Assembly (NCBI RefSeq): GCF_006345805.1
Contig: NC_043003.1
Coordinates: 58,652,001-58,716,000 of the forward strand
Reading direction: 5' to 3'
DNA length: 64,000 nucleotides
Source of the DNA: Octopus sinensis
Taxonomy: Eukaryota
The notes under the pieces were generated by a model, which saw only the letters and a program-made list of their open reading frames with translations, made no database searches and was not told the DNA's origin. Made by a program: the position numbers and the translations under genes. Every line of letters begins with the position of its first letter. The first letter of the stretch is position 1. Shown here piece by piece: positions 12,085-23,232 of this stretch.

Positions 12085-12480
12085 GGCACTGGTGTTGCTG
12101 CATGGTAAGAAGTTTGTTTCTCTTGATTTATGGCTCAGTCCCCCTGGGTGGCACCATAGGCAAGTGTCTTCTACTATGGTCCTGGGCCAACCAAAACCTT
12201 GTAAGTGGATTTGGTAGATAGAAACTGAAAGAAGCCTGTCATATGTGTATGTTTGATAGTTTCTCCTTGCAACAGCACATGATAATTGTAAGCAAGCTGC
12301 ACCATCATGCAAATAGTGTCTTTTTATTTTGTGAAAACATCATGGGGGAATATTACCTTAAGTGGTAATAGGAGATGGTTGGCAACAGGAAGGATGTCCA
12401 ACTGTAGAAAAAAATTCCCCTCGACAGATTCTATCTAACCCCTGCAAGCATGCAAATGTAGGTGTTAAAACAATAACAAT
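12085..12480 (+). mobile_element. SINE S1 variant with RTE-like tail
   Basis: GGCAAGTGTCTTCTACTAT...GGATTTGGTAGATAGAAACTGAAAGAAGCC body; GGTTGGCAACAGGAAGG tail motif. Confidence 0.65.
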
Positions 12481-13639
12481 GAGTAATTGCAGTTTTAAGT
12501 TTGGGTATAACTATTTTCTGTCTGTAATTCTTATGACCCTTCTCTTTCCAAAACTACCAGTAACAGCCACTCAATCCTGAAAAAGGGGGGAAGTACTTGT
12601 CACCTGTTGGAACCTCTCTCAACTTCAACAACAACTATGTCGATCAATTTTTGCTCCCTACAATGATGCAACAGTACAAAATGATGATGAAATACTTACA
12701 CTGTAATGGTTTTAAACAAGTAGGGAGAAATCAAAAATTACTCATCTTCTCAGTTACCCATTTTTGCCCCACCCATTTCAGTCTAACGTCACGGAAACCG
12801 GGTAACCGGTTTTATGACTCCTAAGGCTTTAAGAAAAAAAATCTTTTTTTTTAAATAAAAAAACAACAACTTCTGTCTGAGATATTCACTCAAGATTCAT
12901 TTATTAAAAGATAAAGAACACTTTAAAAAGGAAAAGGAAACTAACACTAGCTTACGACAATAACGCAAATGGTTGTTCCTAGAGATTGGTGAATCGAGAG
13001 CGAGGCTGGTATGTGTATATTAAGTTGAGTGTGTTGATTGAAGAAATCAGAGTCGCTCGAAGTTGTTTACATTTACAGAGAGAAAAAGGAAGAGACAAAG
13101 TTAGTTGTTGACTATTTTATTTATATTCACACTATATGTTAAGTAACTATTTACTTAAGATTTACATCAAAGATTTCTTAATCCTGAATTATGTTAAGTA
13201 ACTATTTACTTCAAAGATTTCTTATTTCCGAATTATCTTGTTCCTTTCGTGTTAGAAAAGTACATTGTACACGTATAATAATAACAATATTATTAATAAT
13301 AGTAATATTCGTATTTTCATTTCTTTACTAATTTACACATTGTTCGAAAAAAAAAAAAAAGAAAAGGGAAAGCTTCTTTTAAATGTAGAACGAAGTGAGT
13401 TTCAAAATAAGTACCCTCCTAGCTTATTTTGTTTTCTGAATATTTCTTCGGATTTCTTTTTAAAGCCCCATCAATTGTGATGAAAAAAAGAATCGATATT
13501 TCAATGGTTTCTATCGTTTGCTCCGCTCGTCACTGCATTTCTCATTTTCCGTGGACACAACCGACTGTTTAACTTGTTCATTTTTCATTTTTTTAAAACT
13601 TAAGGCAAAAATTTTTAAACGCAGGATTTTGCAATTCGA

Positions 13640-14359
13640 CTTTCCTACATATATGTGTCCCGCCCTCGAATTTGTCACCTCGTAACTTCTAGAAAAACAG
13701 ATATTTTTTGCTGATGAAATTTTCTACAAAAAACGCATCAGGTGGTGTAGATTCCGATTATCTTGGAATTTGCTGTGAAAAAAAAGAAAAAGGTTAAAAT
13801 TCTTTGGGTTGGAAGAGCAGTTTGGGAAAATTCACGAGTTGGCTTTGCTTCCTCGTAACTTTCAGAAAAATGGTTATTTTTTAATGAAATTTTGTACAAA
13901 TACCTTTCAGAGTGTGTCAATTACGATTATATCGAAATGTAATGTGAACACACACACACACTTACATCACATTTTTCCCCAGAAATTTGAAGTTTCATTT
14001 TCTTGTAATGTGATGTGCGTCTGTGTCGGTATGTATGTGTGCGTGCCCACCAACATTTTTTTTTTTTTTGCTTATTAAATTCCGATACAATCGTAATCTA
14101 CACACTCCGAAAAGTATTTATAGAAAATTTCATTAAAAATTACCAATTTTTCTGAATGTTACGAGTAGACAAGGCCGACTCGTATGAATTTTCGAAAATC
14201 CTCACCCCCACCCTCGGAAACATTGTTTTCACCACATATTCCGATATAATCAGAAACTACACCATCTGAAACATATCTGTAGAAAATTTCGTTAAAAAAT
14301 ATCCATTCTTTCGAAAGTTATTAGGCAACGAAGAGCGGGGGCACCCATGTGTAGAAATG
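13640..14359. mobile_element. Foldback-type element with modular inverted repeats (A-B-spacer-B'-A')
   Basis: ~110-bp modules at ~13676-13780 and ~13852-13950 recur inverted at ~14075-14168 and ~14228-14325; imperfect termini TTTCCTACATATATGTGTCCCG / CGGGGGCACCCATGTGTAGAAA. Confidence 0.65.
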
Positions 14360-14373
14360 CCTTACAATTCTAT

Positions 14374-14710
14374 TACTCTTTTACTTGTTTCAGTCATTTG
14401 ATTGTGGCCATGCTGAAGCACCACCTTTAGTCGAGCGAATCGATCCCAAGGCTTATTCTTTGTAAGCCTAGTACTTATTCTTTTGGTCTCTTTTGCCGAA
14501 CCGCTGAGTTACGGAGACGTAAACACACCAGCATCGGTTGTCAAGCGATGTTGGGGGGACAAACACAAACACATAAACATATATACGACAGGCATCTTTG
14601 GTCGGCCCGAGGCTATAATAGAAGACACTTGCCCAAGGTGCCACAAGGTGGGACTGAACCTGGAACCATGTGGTTCGTAAGCAAGCTACTTACCACACAG
14701 CCACTCCTGC
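14374..14710 (-). mobile_element. SINE S1, near full length
   Basis: Minus strand reads GCAGGAGTGGCTGTGTGGTAAG (box A region), GGTTCAGTCCC (box B-like), CTTGGGCAAGTGTCTTC (CORE-like); tail (AAGAGTA)n. Confidence 0.85.
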
Positions 14711-14819
14711 TGAATAAATAATTTTTAAAATCATAAATTCAATATTTAAAAAAATAACATACATAATTTTTTACAAAATTTAAAGTTTCGTTTTGTAGAA
14801 GTGTGTGAGTGCACAGCCG

Positions 14820-14856
<37 letters not shown>

Positions 14857-15269
14857 CAAGCAATTCCAATATGCACCATCAGAAAGGTAATTGCAAAACT
14901 TTTAGTTAAAAGCATACCCAATTTTCTGAAAGTTAGGAGGAAATAAAATCGTTGAGCCGGGTGTCACACTCATGTAAGGTATGCCAAACGTTCAGTTGGA
15001 TAGATTTTTTTCCTACCTGCAAACTATTAAAATGATTTATTAAAATATATACACTAATGCACACGCGTAAAATTTATACATAAAATCAAACTTCTGTACC
15101 TATGACGATGCAGTTTGCACTAGAATTCACAATTTGTTGTTTTTCATGAAATGCAGACTAAGTGAAAATGTCACTACCACGCAACTTAAATAGTGAAAGC
15201 AGCATGCAGATCATTTCCGAGAAATGTATAAATATATATATCTTTTATCGGTGAACAGTAATAATAACA

Positions 15270-15455
15270 ACGGAGATGTACTTGCATAGCAAGTGACTTG
15301 ATCGTGTGCTGAAACGAAAACAATTGCAGCGTGGAAGGTGTTTGTAAGCCATTTAAGAAACACACAAAACCCGTTCGATTCACTTCAACATTTAAGTTTA
15401 ATTTGTCAAAATATTTTCGTCGCTTTAAGACCGCGACCTGTTCACTGACAAAAAT
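15270..15455 (-). mobile_element. Repeat family H1 (probable Penelope-type terminal repeat) carrying a hammerhead
   Basis: 15334-15452 recurs at 16392-16509 at roughly 90% identity by eye; both copies contain the hammerhead core. Confidence 0.7.
15402..15452 (-). ncRNA. Minimal type-I hammerhead ribozyme with G3:C8 core variant
   Basis: Minus strand: TTTGTCA-GTGAACA-G-GTCGC-GGTCTTAAA-GCGAC-GAA-AATATT-T-TGACAAA = 7-bp stem I, core G3U4G5A6A7C8A9, 5-bp stem II, GAA, palindromic stem III, U17. Confidence 0.75.
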
Positions 15456-15742
15456 CCGTGCTGCATCATAATAACACAAGTGAAAAAACACCATTGACAA
15501 AAGTAGAATAAAGTTTTTACGTATGTATATGTTTTTATGACACTGTATATAGTCATCGTATGTATGTATGTGTGTGTGTGTGTATGTATGTATAAAAGCA
15601 TTGTAGTTCGCTTGAAGCATTATGTATTGTTTGTAAAGAATAAAAAGTTTTGAATGGTACAACAATGCGCTATAATACAGACAATGGGCTATATACCTGT
15701 TGTAATTTACTCATCCATAGTCTGATTATATATATATATATA

Positions 15743-16390
15743 TCATCATCATCATCATTTAGCGTCCGCTTTCCATGCTAGCATGGGTTGGACGGTTCAA
15801 CTGGGGTCTGTGAAGCCAGAAGGCTGCATCAGGCCCAGTCTGATCTGGCAGTGTTTCTACGGCTGGATGCCCTTCCTAATGCCAACCACTCCATGAGTGT
15901 AGTGGGTGCTTTTTACGTGCCACCCGCACAGGTGCCAGACGGAGCTGGCAAACGGCCACGAACGGATGGTGCTTTTTACGTGCCACCGGCACGGGGGCCA
16001 GGCGAGGCTGGCAACGGCCATGAACGGATGGTGCTTTTTATGTGCCACCAGCACGGAGGCCAGTCGGGGCGGGGCTGGCAACGGCCACGATCGGATGGTT
16101 CGCTTACTTGTCACCGGCACTGGTATCACAGCTGCAATTTCCATTGATGTTGATCGACTTCGATTTTGGTTCTGCTTTCTGATATCTGATTTGATTTGGT
16201 TTGATTTTGATTTTCACTTGCCTCAACGGGTCTTCACAAGTGGAGTTTTGTGTCCCAAGAAGGAAAGGTATGTATAAGTCGACTGGCTACATACCAGGTA
16301 GAGGCCACGGATTATGGTCTCACTAGTCTTGCCGGGTCTTCTCATGCACAGCATACTTCCATAGGTCTCGGTCTCTCGTCATTTCCTTGG
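15743..16390 (-). mobile_element. RTE LINE 3' end, 5'-truncated
   Basis: (CAT)n tail, minisatellite units, and last RT codons (GACCGAGACCTATGGAAGTATGCTGTG on minus) near 16340-16390. Confidence 0.85.
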
Positions 16391-16458
16391 TGAAGGTGTT
16401 TATAAGCCATTTAAGAAACACACAAAACCGTTAGATTCACTTCAACATTTAAATTTAA

Positions 16459-16509
16459 TTTATCTAAATATTTTCGGCGCTTTGAGACCGCGACCTGTTC
16501 ACTGGCAAA
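16459..16509 (-). ncRNA. Second G3:C8 hammerhead copy (stems partly decayed)
   Basis: Minus strand: TTTGCCA-GTGAACA-G-GTCGC-GGTCTCAAA-GCGCC-GAA-AATATT-T-AGATAAA; core intact, stems I and II mismatched. Confidence 0.6.
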
Positions 16510-16587
16510 GCTTTGTATAGTTTCTAGAAAACATAAATCCGAAAGAAGCACACTCTAAGATGTTGAGCAGTATATATTAAAAATGAG

Positions 16588-16738
16588 GAAGGCCGGTTTA
16601 TGGGATTACCTCATGTTTCACGTCAATAAAGGGTTGAGTTTTATGGGCCAACAGGTTTTTGGTATCTGACAATATGCCTTAAAGCTAAACCGTTTATGGG
16701 CGGGAAACCTAATATAATCCCATAAACCGGCTTTCCCC
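16588..16738. mobile_element. ~150-bp MITE
   Basis: TIR GGAAGGCCGGTTTATGGGATTA / TAATCCCATAAACCGGCTTTCC. Confidence 0.7.
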
Positions 16739-16899
16739 ATATATATTTTGTTTGTCATTTGTGGTTTGGTAAGCAAGCTACTTACCACATAGCCTTATGT
16801 ATGTATGTATAAAGTAAAGAATGGAATTGGTAAAATACGGACTACGAGCTAATAGTTTATATTTCAGTAAACTTGTGCCATTTTTACCTAAATTCGTCT

Positions 16900-17640
16900 T
16901 TTATCTTTTACTTGTTTCAGTCCTTTGATTGCGGCCATGCTGGGGCACCGCCTTACTCAAACAAATCGATTGCTGGACTTATATTTTAAAGCCTAGTACT
17001 TATTTTATCAGACTCCATTGCCAAACCACTAAGTTACGGAAACAGAAACACACCAACACCGGTTGTCAAGCTGTGGTGGGGGACACACAAATGCAGCCAT
17101 AAATATATTCATACACGACGGGCTTCTTTCAGTTTCCGTCTACCAAATTCACTCTCAAAGCTTTGGTCAGCCCGAGGCTATAGTAGAAACATGCCCAAGG
17201 CTGTGCAATGAGACTGAACCCAGAACCATATGGTTGGGAAACGAGCTTCTTATCACACAGCCACACCTGTATGTGTGTTTAAAAACCTGTGTATGTGTGT
17301 GTATATATATTTTTATATACACACTCACACACTAGCAATGCAACCCGGCGTTGCCCAGTTGTTATGCCCTACATTCACATTATTTGTATTATTTGTTTCT
17401 TTGTTATGGGCAGAACCAGCACATGAAGAATATGAGGCCAACAACTCTTTATAAATATTTTTTCCGGTCATTTTCTGATGAACAACACTGCAGTTTCCAT
17501 CTACCAAATTCAGTCAGAAGTCTGTGGTTTGCCTAGGCCTATAGTAGAAAACACTTGCCCAAGGCACCATACCGAGGTGCTGAACATGGAACCACATGGT
17601 TAGAAAGCAAACTTTTCAACCACACAGTCATTCTTGCACC
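16900..17640 (-). mobile_element. Two SINE S1 copies (16900-17270; 17485-17640) with a Helitron-like 3' end fragment (ACTAGCAATGCAACCCGGCGTTGCCC, ~17331) between them
   Basis: Homology to 14374-14710 and to the end of the element at 53377. Confidence 0.65.
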
Positions 17641-18160
17641 TAATAAGTGTGTGTGTTTTGACATTTGTTAAATTAAGTATTGTGTCCCACGATGTCTCAA
17701 AGTTAGCAGTTCATCAAGCAGTGATCTATAAAATAAATACTAGATTGAAATACGTACTGAGGTCAGTATGATCAATTAAATTTTTGAAGGTGATGCCCCA
17801 TCGTGGCAACAGTCGAAAGACTAAACAACACTTCGAATTTAAGTTAATGGATTGCTAACCACAATATAATGAGTTATATGTACATCTTGGTCTACTTGAC
17901 TTCCAAAAATTAACAATTGTAATTTGAAGTTGAATGGTTTACAATAAAAAAAGATGTCCAGATATCTTTAAAAAATATTCTCAGGCAGAGTTGCCTTCTT
18001 TAGCTAAAGAACTCAAAATTGTGTGACCTGACCTTGTTTTTGAGGTTATTTTTGTAGAAAAAAAAAGAGTTGCTGTGAAAAAAATGTGCTTTATTTGGTA
18101 GCCGAATGTTTTGATACTTCATATGTCAAAATCAGCAACTTGGTTTTTGAACTCATAAGG

Positions 18161-18206
<46 letters not shown>

Positions 18207-18239
18207 CTGTTTTATATATCATATATATATATGCTGGAT

Positions 18240-19700
18240 GTCCAATGTCAGTGTGCTTGTATGACAGTGTGAGCATCCTGATAGAAAAATTGGGCAGAAG
18301 AGGTATCAGATGTGTGCAAGAGAGAAGACTGCTGGTCTGGCCATGTGATGTGTATGGATAAGGACAGTTGCGTAAAGAAGTGCTGGCCTCTAACTGTTGA
18401 GGGAACCTATGAAAGAGGTAGACCCAAGAAGACATGAGACAAGCATGATCTTTGGTTGTTAGGTCTCAAGGAAGCGATGACAAGTAGTTGAGACCTTTTG
18501 GCGATTAGCTGTACTTAAAAAGACTTGTCAAGCCAAGTGAAATTATGGACAGTGCTGGTGACATGTAAAAGGCACTCACTACACCAGCGTTTCTCAAATG
18601 GGGTTCTGCGAGAAAGGGTGAGATAAGCTAATGTTAATTTCATGATGATGATCATCATCATCATTTAACATCCGCTTTCCATGCTGGCAAGGGTTGGATG
18701 GTTTGATTGAGGACTGGCAAGCCAGAAGGCTGTACTGGGCTCCAATCTGATCTGGCAAGGTTTCTACAGCTGGATGCCCTTCCTAATGCCAACCGCTCTG
18801 AGAGTGTAGTGGGTGCTTTTTACGTGCCACCAGCACGAGGGCCAGTCCTGCGGTACTGGCATCGACCACGCTTGGATGGTGCTTTTTATATGCCACTGGC
18901 ATGGGAGCCAGTCAGGTGGCACTGTAAATGACCATGCTTGATTGGTGCTTTTATGTGCCACCACCATGGGACCAGTCAGGTGACACTAGCATTGGCCACA
19001 ACAATGATTTCACTTGACTCAGCAGGTCTTCTCAAGCACAATTTATGTGTGTGTATATATATATGATATTTACCACGTGGACTACTCTTTTACTTCAGTC
19101 ATTTGACTGGCCATGCTGGAGCACTGCTTTTATTCTTTGTAAGCCTAGTACTTATTCTGTCTCTTTTGCCAAACTGCTAAGTTATGGAGATGTAAACACA
19201 CCAGCATCAGTTGTCAAGCGATGTTGGGTGGACAAATGCACTCACAAACATACACACACACATACATATATATATATGATGGGCTTCTTTCAGTTTCTGT
19301 CTACCAAATCCACTCACAAGACTTTGGTTGGCCCAAGGCTATAGCAGAAGACACTTGCCCAAGGTGCCACACAGTGGGACTGAACCCGGAACCATGTGGT
19401 TGGTAAATAAGCTACTTACCACACAGCCACTCCTGCGATGAAAAAAATATAAGATATGGTATATGATTTTTTTTGTGAAGGGGTTCTTTGAGACGTAATT
19501 CATTTTAAGGGTTACACAGGAGTAAAAAGGTTGAGAAACACTGCACTACACTCTTGGAGTGGTTGGCATTAGGAAGGGCATCCAGCTGTAGAAACCAAGG
19601 CAAATCAGAGTGGAGCCTGGTGCAGCTCTCTGGCTTACCAGTTTCATTTGAACCATGTAAACCATGCCAACATGGAAAACATTCTCTAAATGATGATAGA
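18240..19700 (+). mobile_element. RTE LINE 3' end interrupted by a hAT MITE
   Basis: EKLGRRGIRCVQERRL..GHVM...GRPKKT relic at 18280-18440; 3' UTR resumes at 19552. Confidence 0.8.
18585..19543. mobile_element. hAT MITE with perfect 8-bp TSD, containing an RTE tail (~18650-19040) and SINE S1 (~19075-19437)
   Basis: CACTACAC at 18577-18584 and 19544-19551; termini CAGCGTTTCTCAA / TTGAGAAACACTG. Confidence 0.9.
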
Positions 19701-20647
19701 AAAGCTTAACATGGCCTCTACTCAAGGATGATATGCAAATTCATAAAGCATTCTATATTTTTCAGTGAGTGTGAAATTAAACTAATAATCTTAAAGGTGG
19801 TGCTTCAGCATGGCTGCAGTTTCTGGTTGAAACCAGTAAAAGAGGAGAAAAAGAAGAAGAAGAAGAAAGATAAGTAAAAAACGAAACAAGAAAGGAATGT
19901 AAAAAAGTAAGAGGAAGGAAAGGGTGTTCTAGACTGGTCATAGAAAAAATAGCAGACAAGTAGGTCAATGGACTTTGGTAAACTAGTGACAAGTAGAAAC
20001 AGATATATGAATAAAAAACAAAAAAAAACAAATATAAAATGACATATGACTGTATAATGTATATCTAATGATAATCATTGATGTAATGATTGTTATATTT
20101 TGACTTGAGGAGAGAGTGGTTCTATCATTTTTGGGGAGAAAGAGATCGGAAGTTGTGATGGTCATCCATTTTCCAGTATCATTAACATTGAAAGTATTGC
20201 TGTTGTTTAGCTCCAGGTCAACCCCGAGAAGCACATATATGATCAAAGGCATTCTGTCTGTGACCATCCTGTATTCTTTTCAAACATTATTCTATCTAGG
20301 GATCCTGTTAAATTTCTAGGACTGGCTACTGTTTTAAAAATTTTTTTTTTTTTTTTTTCCGTAGATTGTAAATGTGATTTGAGGAATATTTGGCTTCTAC
20401 TTGTCTGTATAGAGGTTTTTGTTGGGTGTAGGTGAAGAAGATAAATGACACCATTCCAAATTAAATGAAACTGCAGGTCACATGTACTTTAACATTCTAT
20501 AGTTAGAAGCAACACATGATTAATCTGATTTTTTGGCTGCATTTCAAAACTACAGTTTTGAAGAGGCAAAGGGAACATGTTTAGCATGTTCCCTTCTCCT
20601 CCCTTCAAAGTACATTTGTGGAGTAAATGAAATAAAATGAGATCACA

Positions 20648-21634
20648 GATTCAGCCCACTACCCTCCGAACCACATGGTTCTGGGTTCAGTCCCTCAGTG
20701 TGGGACTTTGGGCAAGTGCCTACTACTATATCCTCGGTGATCAAAGCCTTGTGAGTGGGTTTGGTTGACAGAATCTGAAAGAAGCTTGTATGTGGGAGAG
20801 GGGGAACAGTCCCTTGCAGTTGACCTTTCAACAGCAATACTTTCACAAGGCCTTTCTCCTCCATTTTGAAGATTGGTTATAGAACACCAGCCATTAGGGT
20901 CAGATGTATGTAAAGCCAAGCACTTTATGGACGCAAAACCCTGGGTAACCCTATGAACTGGCCATAACTATCTTTAAATATATGTGTGTGTATCTTTATT
21001 GTCAGTGTTTGTCCTCTACTACTGCTTGACAACCAGTGATGGCTTGTTTATATCCCCTTAACTTAGCAGTTTGGCAAAAGACACTGATAGCATAAGTATT
21101 GAGATTGATTCGTTTGACTAAAAGCTCTTCAAGGTGGTGCCCCAGCATGGCCACAGTCTAACTGAAACAAGTAAAAGATAAAAGATATAGTAATGACTTC
21201 TAACTGGTAGAACACCTCAAACTTTTCAAAGAGGATATCAATCCTGTTGACCCCGGAAAGACGAAAGGTAAATTTGAAACCCTCTCCCTAGTCTTCAGTT
21301 ATAATTACAATCACATTTGGGATATAATCCGGGGTTTTGCATCCGTAAAGTGCTTAGCTTTACATACATCTCATCTGACCCTAATGGCTGGTGTCCTATA
21401 ACCAATCTTCAAAATGGAGGACAAAGGCCCCGTAGCTAGTTTTTCAACACACATACAAAGAAGAAAGGTCAACCGCAAGGGACTGTTCCCCGTCTCCCAC
21501 ATACAAGCTTCTGTCAACCAAGCCCATTCACAAGGCTTTGATCACCGAGGATATAATAGTAGGCACTTGCCCAAAGTGCCACACTGAGGGACTGAACCCA
21601 GAACCATGTGGCTGGGAAGCTAGTGGGCTGAATC
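20648..21634. repeat. ~300-bp inverted repeat pair (SINE S1/MITE composite arms)
   Basis: Arm 20648-20944 is the reverse complement of ~21329-21634, both ending at GATTCAGCCCACTA. Confidence 0.9.
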
Positions 21635-22603
21635 ACTGTCATCTGGTTCAGCAACTTGCCTGGACCAATAAGTCATATTTAGCTTTCGGTAGCTGAATGG
21701 CTTATATGCACACACCACAACTACAGATGATAGCAGTAATTTGCTAACTGAACTGGCTGGTCCTGGCTTTTGACAGTTTGTTGTCTGTTCAACCTGCTCA
21801 GGATCTATTGGCATTCGTCATTCATTCAATAAGTTGTTCATCTGAAATAGTTCACATCCACCACGTTGCATCTCGTGGTTTCAACATAACCCTGGCTTGG
21901 GTGTTTACTAGGTGCTAGGCCTTTCCAAGGAACCGTCCATTATTTGGGGTTGTTTATTTCCATATTTACATTCACAGCTGGCTTCTGTTTATATGCTGAT
22001 TAACCCATAACTGGGACCCTGACAGGTGCTATTACTCCGGATCAGAGTAAACCTGGGAACAATAGCGGCTAAAAAGTGGTTACACACTCTTCAAAAACCC
22101 TGGAACTCCCAAATTAGGGCTCCACTTGGTTATGCATACTGGATGTAGTATAGGAATATATTCAAGTCAGCACCAGCACTTGACTGGTACTTGAGATTTT
22201 TAACTCTGGATTGGTGAAAGTCAAATTTTATTTCTGTGTGATTTGAACTCAGAATGTAAAATGTAATTAAATACACCAAGGCGTTTTGTTCAGTGCTCTA
22301 CCAATTCTGCCAATCCACTTACTCTGTAATTCTTTCTAATTTTAGCTTGAGGCCAGCAATTTTATAGGTGGGGGTCAATTACATTGATTCCCCCCACACC
22401 CAGTACCCAACTGGTATTTATTTTATCGGCACCTATTAGATGAAAAGCAAAGACGACTTTGGCAGCACTCAAACTCAGAATGTGAAGAACTATAAAAAAT
22501 GCTGCTAAGTATTTTGCCCAGTGTGATAAGAGATCCAACACCTTACTGCCATCACTTACTCTATAATAATGAGCAATAATTAATTCTTCGTTTTAGCATT
22601 TAA

Positions 22604-22823
22604 CCCTTTCGTTACCAACCCGGCTGAAACTGGCTCTGGCTCTGACTACAAATGTCTTGTTTTCATAAGTTTTGAATTAAAATATTCCACCAAACCTTTG
22701 TCGCAATTTATGTCCCTAACACTAGCTGAATGATAACTAAGTTATTTTACTAAATTCTTTGTTATATTTAAAGTAATTGAAAGAAACACAGAACATCTCA
22801 AAATAAATACAGTAACGAAAGGG
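22604..22823. mobile_element. 220-bp piggyBac MITE
   Basis: TTAA at 22600-22603 and 22824-22827; TIR CCCTTTCGTTAC identical to the element at 665-1731. Confidence 0.9.
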
Positions 22824-22829
22824 TTAAAC

Positions 22830-22935
22830 CAGGGCTGTAGAGTTAAAACAAAAAACTTTGACTCCTTTATGTAATTAAGTGATTGTGGACTACTTTACCG
22901 ATCCCGACTCAATTGTTTCTGACTCCACAACCCTG
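22830..22935. mobile_element. Short hAT-type MITE
   Basis: Ends CAGGGCTGTAGAGT / ACTCCACAACCCTG; flanks GGTTAAAC / ATTTAAAC. Confidence 0.6.
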
Positions 22936-22959
22936 ATTTAAACAATGATGATGATGATG

Positions 22960-23232
22960 ATACAGTTCTATATTTAAGAGATGAGGAATTATCTACATTA
23001 TTTACATTCAACGAATATTTGTCCTCATCTTGTTTGTTGTTAACACAATGTTTCGGCTTCTTCAGGTGTTTTGGGGAAATTTCGAGCCTGGGTTCTCATT
23101 CCTAAGGTATTTTTCGATGTTATTATTATTAGTAGTATTATCATTATTGTTATTGCTCAGGTCGCTGCTTGGAATCGAACTCGGAATCTTGGGGTTAGTA
23201 GCCCGTGCTCTTAACTACTATGCCATATGCCT
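22960..23232 (-). mobile_element. tRNA-headed SINE with (AAT)n linker and hammerhead-bearing Penelope-type tail (family H2)
   Basis: Minus strand: head TGGCATAGTAGTTAAG (box A-like)...GAGTTCGATTCC (box B); (AAT)n; body with AACAC-CTGAAGA-AG-CC-GAAAC-ATT-GTGTT at 23070-23042. Confidence 0.75.

Noticed and set aside
23158-23232. tRNA gene (ACT anticodon loop)
   Set aside because: Box A/B are present but the acceptor and T stems are poor and it runs into an (AAT)n-linked repeat body; treated as a SINE head.
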